A stretch of DNA of 20,000 nt. Origin: an uncultured virus (IMG/VR IMGVR_UViG_3300021255_000141). Taxonomy: Duplodnaviria > Heunggongvirae > Uroviricota > Caudoviricetes. Position 1 is the first letter of the stretch, and each line of letters opens with the position of its first letter. Below, one piece after another: positions 15,579 through 20,000 of this stretch. The notes beneath the pieces were generated by a model. The model ran no database searches. It was not told where the DNA came from and worked only from the letters and a program-made list of their open reading frames with translations. The stretch lies in the IMG/VR virus record IMGVR_UViG_3300021255_000141; one strand, written 5' to 3'. Position numbers and translations under genes: made by a program.

Positions 15579-15928
15579 AACGACTACTACTACTTCTACT
15601 ACTACTACTACCACTAACAATATTATCAGCCTGTGGTAAATCTGGGCGACCTGAGAAGGAGTTAACGACCGTACATTTCAGAAACCCAGGTGAGAGTGGT
15701 CAGATATCATACGAGGCATACACACATACAGGTGAGTTCTGGTGCAGCAAGTGTCAGAGAATCTATACGAGTGAGGTACGCAAAATAAAATATAACGAGA
15801 CTACTCGAACAGTAACGCTCACAGATAGTCGCAACTGCGAGTGCAGGAGAACAACGAAAAAAATAAAAATCGACGATTACACAATCTGCATATTAATATA
15901 CAAATTAACATACGAGGAGGCAAAATAA
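15575..15928 (+). CDS. Putative lipoprotein with CxxC/CxC
   Basis: MKR-L9-PLTI-LSAC lipobox (Cys20); CSKC and CEC in the mature part. Confidence 0.78.
   Translation: MKRLLLLLLLLLPLTILSACGKSGRPEKELTTVHFRNPGESGQISYEAYTHTGEFWCSKCQRIYTSEVRKIKYNETTRTVTLTDSRNCECRRTTKKIKIDDYTICILIYKLTYEEAK
15584..15610 (+). repeat. (CTA)3-CTT-(CTA)5 trinucleotide repeat encoding a poly-Leu signal h-region
   Basis: Read directly from the sequence. Confidence 0.85.
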
Positions 15929-15929
15929 T

Positions 15930-16406
15930 ATGTATCCATACAATTTAATAACAGACATACTTAAATTATACGAGAATTCTGGGCGAGAAATAACAATAAA
16001 ACTGTACGACGTGGACGGACACATCGAGAAATTACTAGGAGAATTACCACCCAGAGAGAGAGGGTTAATCGAGCAGCGATACAAACGATACTTAACAGTA
16101 AGTGAGGTGGCTGAGAGGGAGGGAATATCTCGTCAGAGAGCGTCCCTACTAATAAACGACGCACTCAAATTAATATCATCGCCAGCCCTATTCGACAAAC
16201 ACCTAAGTGGCAACGGAGAGTGTGGCGGAGGTATCGATTACAAGTTAAAGATTTCTGAACTAGATATCTCTAAAAGATGCAAAAACGCTCTAAATAACGC
16301 TGGTATTATGTACTATAATGAGTTGAAGGCGTTAGGGCTTAAAAAGGTGGCGGAAATCAAAGGTTTAGGTGCTAAGTCGTATAAAGAACTAGAACACCTA
16401 ATATAA
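15930..16406 (+). CDS. Transcription regulator: sigma70 region-4-like HTH fused to an RNA polymerase alpha-CTD-like domain
   Basis: Sigma region 4-like: LPPRERGLIEQRY..LTVSEVAEREGISRQRASLLINDALKLI. Alpha-CTD-like: ISELDISKRCKNALNNAGI...IKGLGAKSYKEL. Confidence 0.82.
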   Translation: MYPYNLITDILKLYENSGREITIKLYDVDGHIEKLLGELPPRERGLIEQRYKRYLTVSEVAEREGISRQRASLLINDALKLISSPALFDKHLSGNGECGGGIDYKLKISELDISKRCKNALNNAGIMYYNELKALGLKKVAEIKGLGAKSYKELEHLI

Positions 16407-16476
16407 AAAACTACTATAAAACTATTTGCTTTATGGTTCCATGTATTATAAGGATGTTGGAATTTTTTTTGGAGAG

Positions 16477-16534
16477 TAATATATTATTATTATATTTATT
16501 CTAATGAATAAATAAATATAATAATAATATATTA
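16477..16534. repeat. Perfect 24-bp inverted repeat in the AT-rich intergenic region
   Basis: TAATATATTATTATTATATTTATT (16477-16500), 10-nt spacer, AATAAATATAATAATAATATATTA (16511-16534). Confidence 0.9.
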
Positions 16535-16698
16535 ATTTAATATTTTTGTATTTTTTAAAAAAAGTTAACAAATATAATAGAAAATAAAAATTATATAAAA
16601 AAGTTTAGCATTTTTTCGATTTTTACAAAAATTTTCATTTAATATATATATTTATATATATATTACTGCTCGAAAAAAATTCCTGAGGGGGTGTTTTT

Positions 16699-17175
16699 AT
16701 GGATTTTTTACATTTTTTATTCGATTTCGAGGGAAACTTGAGAGTTAAGAGGGCTCCAAAACTAAAACTCGTTGAACCAGGTGGTTTTATACTTTCTTAT
16801 GAGGTTCCAGGTGAGGGTAGGTTATACAAATTATTTAAGTCAAATGTCTATAAAGGAAATGATGAATATTTGAAAATTATTTTTGAGTATTTCTCAATTT
16901 CTAATTCAACGCTGAGTCGCTGTAAATCTAATAGGTATACTTTACTTAAACCAAAACCTTCTAAAATTAAAAGGCTTTTCGGTATAGTGTCTGACGAGGA
17001 CAGAAAGAATGCTTTATACAATATGGAACTCGCAGTTAAACAGGCTAGGAAAAATCATTCTCTAAGGTTATTCGATTTATGGTTGTCTAACTGGAAAATC
17101 TTAAATCCTGGGAAAAAATATTCTTATAATAATATGCTAAAAGAGTTTGACAATATCGTCTCTTCAGTGTTATAA
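16699..17175 (+). CDS. Basic hypothetical protein
   Basis: 158-aa ORF; SD-like GAGGGGGTG. Confidence 0.72.
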   Translation: MDFLHFLFDFEGNLRVKRAPKLKLVEPGGFILSYEVPGEGRLYKLFKSNVYKGNDEYLKIIFEYFSISNSTLSRCKSNRYTLLKPKPSKIKRLFGIVSDEDRKNALYNMELAVKQARKNHSLRLFDLWLSNWKILNPGKKYSYNNMLKEFDNIVSSVL

Positions 17176-17176
17176 T
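17147..17176 (+). promoter_or_regulatory. Consensus sigmaA/sigma70 promoter upstream of the packaging/head module
   Basis: TTGACA (17147-17152), 18-nt spacer ending TGT, TATAAT (17171-17176); embedded in the 3' end of the previous ORF. Confidence 0.75.
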
Positions 17177-17198
17177 GTATTAAAAGGAGGTACTATAT

Positions 17199-17588
17199 AT
17201 GAATTTCTGGAAACGTTCCGATAATCAATCCCTTGATGGATTCGATTTCGACAGGGATACTTTTGAAGATTTAATTGAATGCTATACCCCTCAAGAACAA
17301 ATCCTTTCATTACTTGGTATCTCTCATTATGATATGGACAGGTTCTGCAAGAAGATTTACAACATGTCTTACAATGAGGCTTACTGCTTTCTTTTATACA
17401 AGTCTGATGCTCATAACAGAAAGGCATTTAACATGCTTGCTAAAGAGGGTAATCAGACTGCTATGAAAATTGTCGCTGAACATTTTATGAAACTTGGTTC
17501 TATCGACAAGTCAGATGTTAAGGTGCAATTCGTAAATGATGTGCCTCAGGTTAAATCAGATGCTGAACTTTTAAAGGAGGAGAAATAG
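17199..17588 (+). CDS. Putative terminase small subunit
   Basis: HTH-like FEDLIECYTPQEQILSLLGIS..MDRFCKKIY, helical RKAFNMLAKEGNQTAMK and beta-tail VKVQFVNDVP; upstream of the portal; SD AAGGAGGT. Confidence 0.6.
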   Translation: MNFWKRSDNQSLDGFDFDRDTFEDLIECYTPQEQILSLLGISHYDMDRFCKKIYNMSYNEAYCFLLYKSDAHNRKAFNMLAKEGNQTAMKIVAEHFMKLGSIDKSDVKVQFVNDVPQVKSDAELLKEEK

Positions 17589-17589
17589 T

Positions 17590-18045
17590 ATGATAGGGGA
17601 TATGGCGAAGGAGTTGATAATTCAACAAAAACAAGAGTTGAAGTATGCAACGTGCCCGTATCTCAAGGTCACTGGGGAGCCAATTTTACCTGGTGAAACT
17701 CCTAATTTAAATCATGATATTTTTCAAATAAATAAGAACTTTGGAATATGTTATATGCGTAGGCGTACGAAGACGCAGGGAGGCGTATATAAAATAATAA
17801 CAGAGATAGCAATTGATAAAAGAGTTTACTATATAAAGAGTTATGAAGAATTTGTTGAATTAGCGAAAACAGATAAAGCATTAGAATTCATGCTAAAATT
17901 TACATGTATAAGTAAATTGCTGTTTGATTTAGCAAAAGATAATGAAGAGATGAGAATTCCTTTTGGAATGAATTGGGATAAATATGTCGAACATATAAAA
18001 AGTAAAACAGACAAAGTTAGATTAAATCCATATAAGGAGGACTAG
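17590..18045 (+). CDS. Hypothetical protein
   Basis: ORF track; lies between the putative TerS and the portal. Confidence 0.75.
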   Translation: MIGDMAKELIIQQKQELKYATCPYLKVTGEPILPGETPNLNHDIFQINKNFGICYMRRRTKTQGGVYKIITEIAIDKRVYYIKSYEEFVELAKTDKALEFMLKFTCISKLLFDLAKDNEEMRIPFGMNWDKYVEHIKSKTDKVRLNPYKED

Positions 18046-18047
18046 TT

Positions 18048-19661
18048 ATGTTATTAAGAGAGTGGATAAGTAAAAAGGTACTAGAGATAGTAGGGCTATC
18101 TAAGACAAACGGTCCTGAGGAAGAGAATAGATTAACATTAATAAATGATAGATATAAGATAGTTCAACAGAAACTTGAAGAAGCCAATATCTGGTATGAA
18201 GGAGATTCTGATGAACTATTAAATTATTATACAAAAGCCACACATATAGACTGGAACTATGAACCATGGTATTCGAGAAATAAGAGAGGATATTTCTGGA
18301 GTATCTCATCGACAGAGTTCGATATTAAGAGAACACATAGTGGACAGCCACGTAATATAGTAGATACACTAGTTAATCTGATAGGTAAACCTGAAGTTAA
18401 TGCAGGACCTAAATTAAAGAAGGAATTTCCTATTACAGAGAAACTAGAAGATATACTTGAGGAGAACTCATTCTGGGAGATGTATGCGACAGTCCAGATG
18501 CCAATGACACTGGTTGAAGGTTGGGGAGCGTATAAGATTGATTGGGATAAAGATTTTTCTGATAATGTTATTATTAAATATTATAGAGCGAAAGATGTCG
18601 AGTTTATATATAAAGATAATCGAATTAAAGGTATAATGTTTAAAGATTATTATACAGACGGTAAATATAATAATTATCTGATAGTTGAGACGAGAGTTAA
18701 TATTAAAAAAGACCTCGTTATTATGAAGAATGTATTTAAGGTTACAGGTGATGATGTAACTGAAATTGATAAAGATAATTTACCTGATGAGTTATCTGAT
18801 TTGGATTTAGATGTATTTAAGGTAGAATCGTATAATAGGCTATTAGCCGTGCCAAGTATATTTTATAAAGATGTTGCGAATAACGACGGATACGGAAGAA
18901 GTATATTTACAGGTAAGTTCGATTTATTCGATGACCTAGACCAGTGTTTGAGTCAGAGTTCTAATGCCGTGCGAAGAAGTACAGTTATTGAATATTTTAA
19001 TACAGATTATCTGGAGAGAGATAAGAAGACAGGTATCCCACAGATGCCTAAGGTGTATGACAGAAAATATATTCAGTATGTTGGAGGTAAGACAGCAGAT
19101 GGTTCAAGTAATTCTAAGGACCCTGTACAGGTAGCACAGCCTCAGTTAAATTTTGCTGAATATTCTGAAGAGGAGAAAAATATTCTGTTACAGATTATTA
19201 CAGGTATTATGTCACCTGCGACACTGGGTATTGATGTATCTCGTAAGGATAATGCAGATGCACAGAGAGAAAAAGAAAAGGTTACAATATTTACACGTAA
19301 TATTATTATTGAATCTGAGACTCGTACTCTGAAGAAACTGTTTAATCAGGTTTTAGAGGCTGATGAGTTGATGAGAACAGGTAGAATTGAATGTCATGAC
19401 TGGAATATAAGTATTAAATATTCTGAGTTCGCAGACGAGAGTTTTGAAAATAAGTTATCGAAACTGGGAGATGCGTATGCGAATGGAGTTATATCAGACG
19501 ATATGTATTTGTCGAAGTTATATGGTGATAGCCTAAGTTCTCAGGAATTAGATAATGAGAAGAAATGGTTAGAAAGCCAGAGAGTTAAAAAACAGGCTGA
19601 GGATAATCCGTTTGGAGGTATGTTAGATGACATCGACAGAGAGGATAACGAGGATATTTAA
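18048..19661 (+). CDS. Phage portal protein (SPP1/A118-like)
   Basis: 537 aa; GWGAYKIDWD, YGRSIF...LFDDLDQ..S, MSPATLGID, AQREKEKVTIFTRN and an acidic tail; followed by a minor head gene. Confidence 0.88.
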   Translation: MLLREWISKKVLEIVGLSKTNGPEEENRLTLINDRYKIVQQKLEEANIWYEGDSDELLNYYTKATHIDWNYEPWYSRNKRGYFWSISSTEFDIKRTHSGQPRNIVDTLVNLIGKPEVNAGPKLKKEFPITEKLEDILEENSFWEMYATVQMPMTLVEGWGAYKIDWDKDFSDNVIIKYYRAKDVEFIYKDNRIKGIMFKDYYTDGKYNNYLIVETRVNIKKDLVIMKNVFKVTGDDVTEIDKDNLPDELSDLDLDVFKVESYNRLLAVPSIFYKDVANNDGYGRSIFTGKFDLFDDLDQCLSQSSNAVRRSTVIEYFNTDYLERDKKTGIPQMPKVYDRKYIQYVGGKTADGSSNSKDPVQVAQPQLNFAEYSEEEKNILLQIITGIMSPATLGIDVSRKDNADAQREKEKVTIFTRNIIIESETRTLKKLFNQVLEADELMRTGRIECHDWNISIKYSEFADESFENKLSKLGDAYANGVISDDMYLSKLYGDSLSSQELDNEKKWLESQRVKKQAEDNPFGGMLDDIDREDNEDI

Positions 19662-20000
19662 AAGTATACAGTTAGCCGTGCGCAGCAGGAATAAAGCGTT
19701 CATGTATGTGGCGGTTAAAAATCTGGATAAGAACCTGATAGATAGGGATAAGAGTAGGATATATAAGAAAATGCTCGAGTTGTATTATAAATATACGAAG
19801 GTGAAATCTGAATTTATCCCTCTGGAAGGTGAGATTCTGGAGTTGGTACGCTGTATTAATAAAGTATCAGAAGCCAGACGTAAAAGAATCGAAATTAAAG
19901 CACAGCGAGAGTATTTGAGAGTGCGTAGAAGCGAGGGTCAGGTATTCTGGTTGTGTAGTTGGCACGATGATTGTGCAGAGGACCACAAGGACTGGCAGGG
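19627..20000 (+). CDS. Minor head/capsid morphogenesis protein, 3'-truncated by the window edge
   Basis: ATG 19627 follows GGAGGT and the frame is open to the end: MTSTERITRIF...FWLCSWHDDCAEDHKDWQG. The S.H....H..WQG motif and position after the portal are typical. Confidence 0.7.
   Translation, partial: MTSTERITRIFKSIQLAVRSRNKAFMYVAVKNLDKNLIDRDKSRIYKKMLELYYKYTKVKSEFIPLEGEILELVRCINKVSEARRKRIEIKAQREYLRVRRSEGQVFWLCSWHDDCAEDHKDWQ

Noticed and set aside
15930..16406. Calling this gene rpoA or a full sigma factor
   Set aside because: It is only 158 aa and lacks both the alpha N-terminal domain and sigma region 2.
16407..16698. tRNA, structured ncRNA or protelomerase telRL site in the gap
   Set aside because: There is no cloverleaf or GC-containing stem. 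The main inverted repeat has a 10-nt asymmetric spacer rather than a continuous palindrome, and no protelomerase is visible.
2859..18309. All minus-strand ORFs in the track, and + strand 6797..6979 and 17275..17466
   Set aside because: They overlap well-supported + strand genes, lack convincing SDs and look like shadow translations of AT-rich DNA.
1..20000. Stop-codon reassignment as the cause of the many short ORFs
   Set aside because: TAA, TAG and TGA all end genes right at SD-coupled starts, Trp is encoded by TGG, and the portal is full length under code 11.

Overview
AT-rich tailed-phage (Caudoviricetes-like) segment with all credible genes on the + strand. It uses the standard genetic code, strong Shine-Dalgarno (SD) sites and consensus sigmaA/sigma70 promoters, so a low-GC Bacillota-type host is inferred. 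Positions 1-16.4 kb hold about 50 small, tightly coupled accessory genes. These include two apparently circularly permuted ASCH proteins, two DUF3307-like membrane proteins, a NUMOD4-HNH endonuclease, a UBA-like protein, two lipoproteins and a sigma-region-4/alpha-CTD fusion. An AT-rich gap with inverted repeats (16.4-16.7 kb) precedes a probable small terminase, a portal and the start of a minor head protein. The most striking signal is in 0.3-11 kb. Unrelated genes end in the same coding junction (GATAGGAGTGA+stop, 'DRSE*', which also supplies the next gene's SD). Several repeats run across gene boundaries, there is an orphan gene-start stub, one gene is flanked by direct repeats, and a protein family is built from interchangeable modules. 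Together these suggest a cassette-like, recombination-shuffled gene array, although no recombinase is visible in the window. All family assignments are from motif recognition, not database searches.
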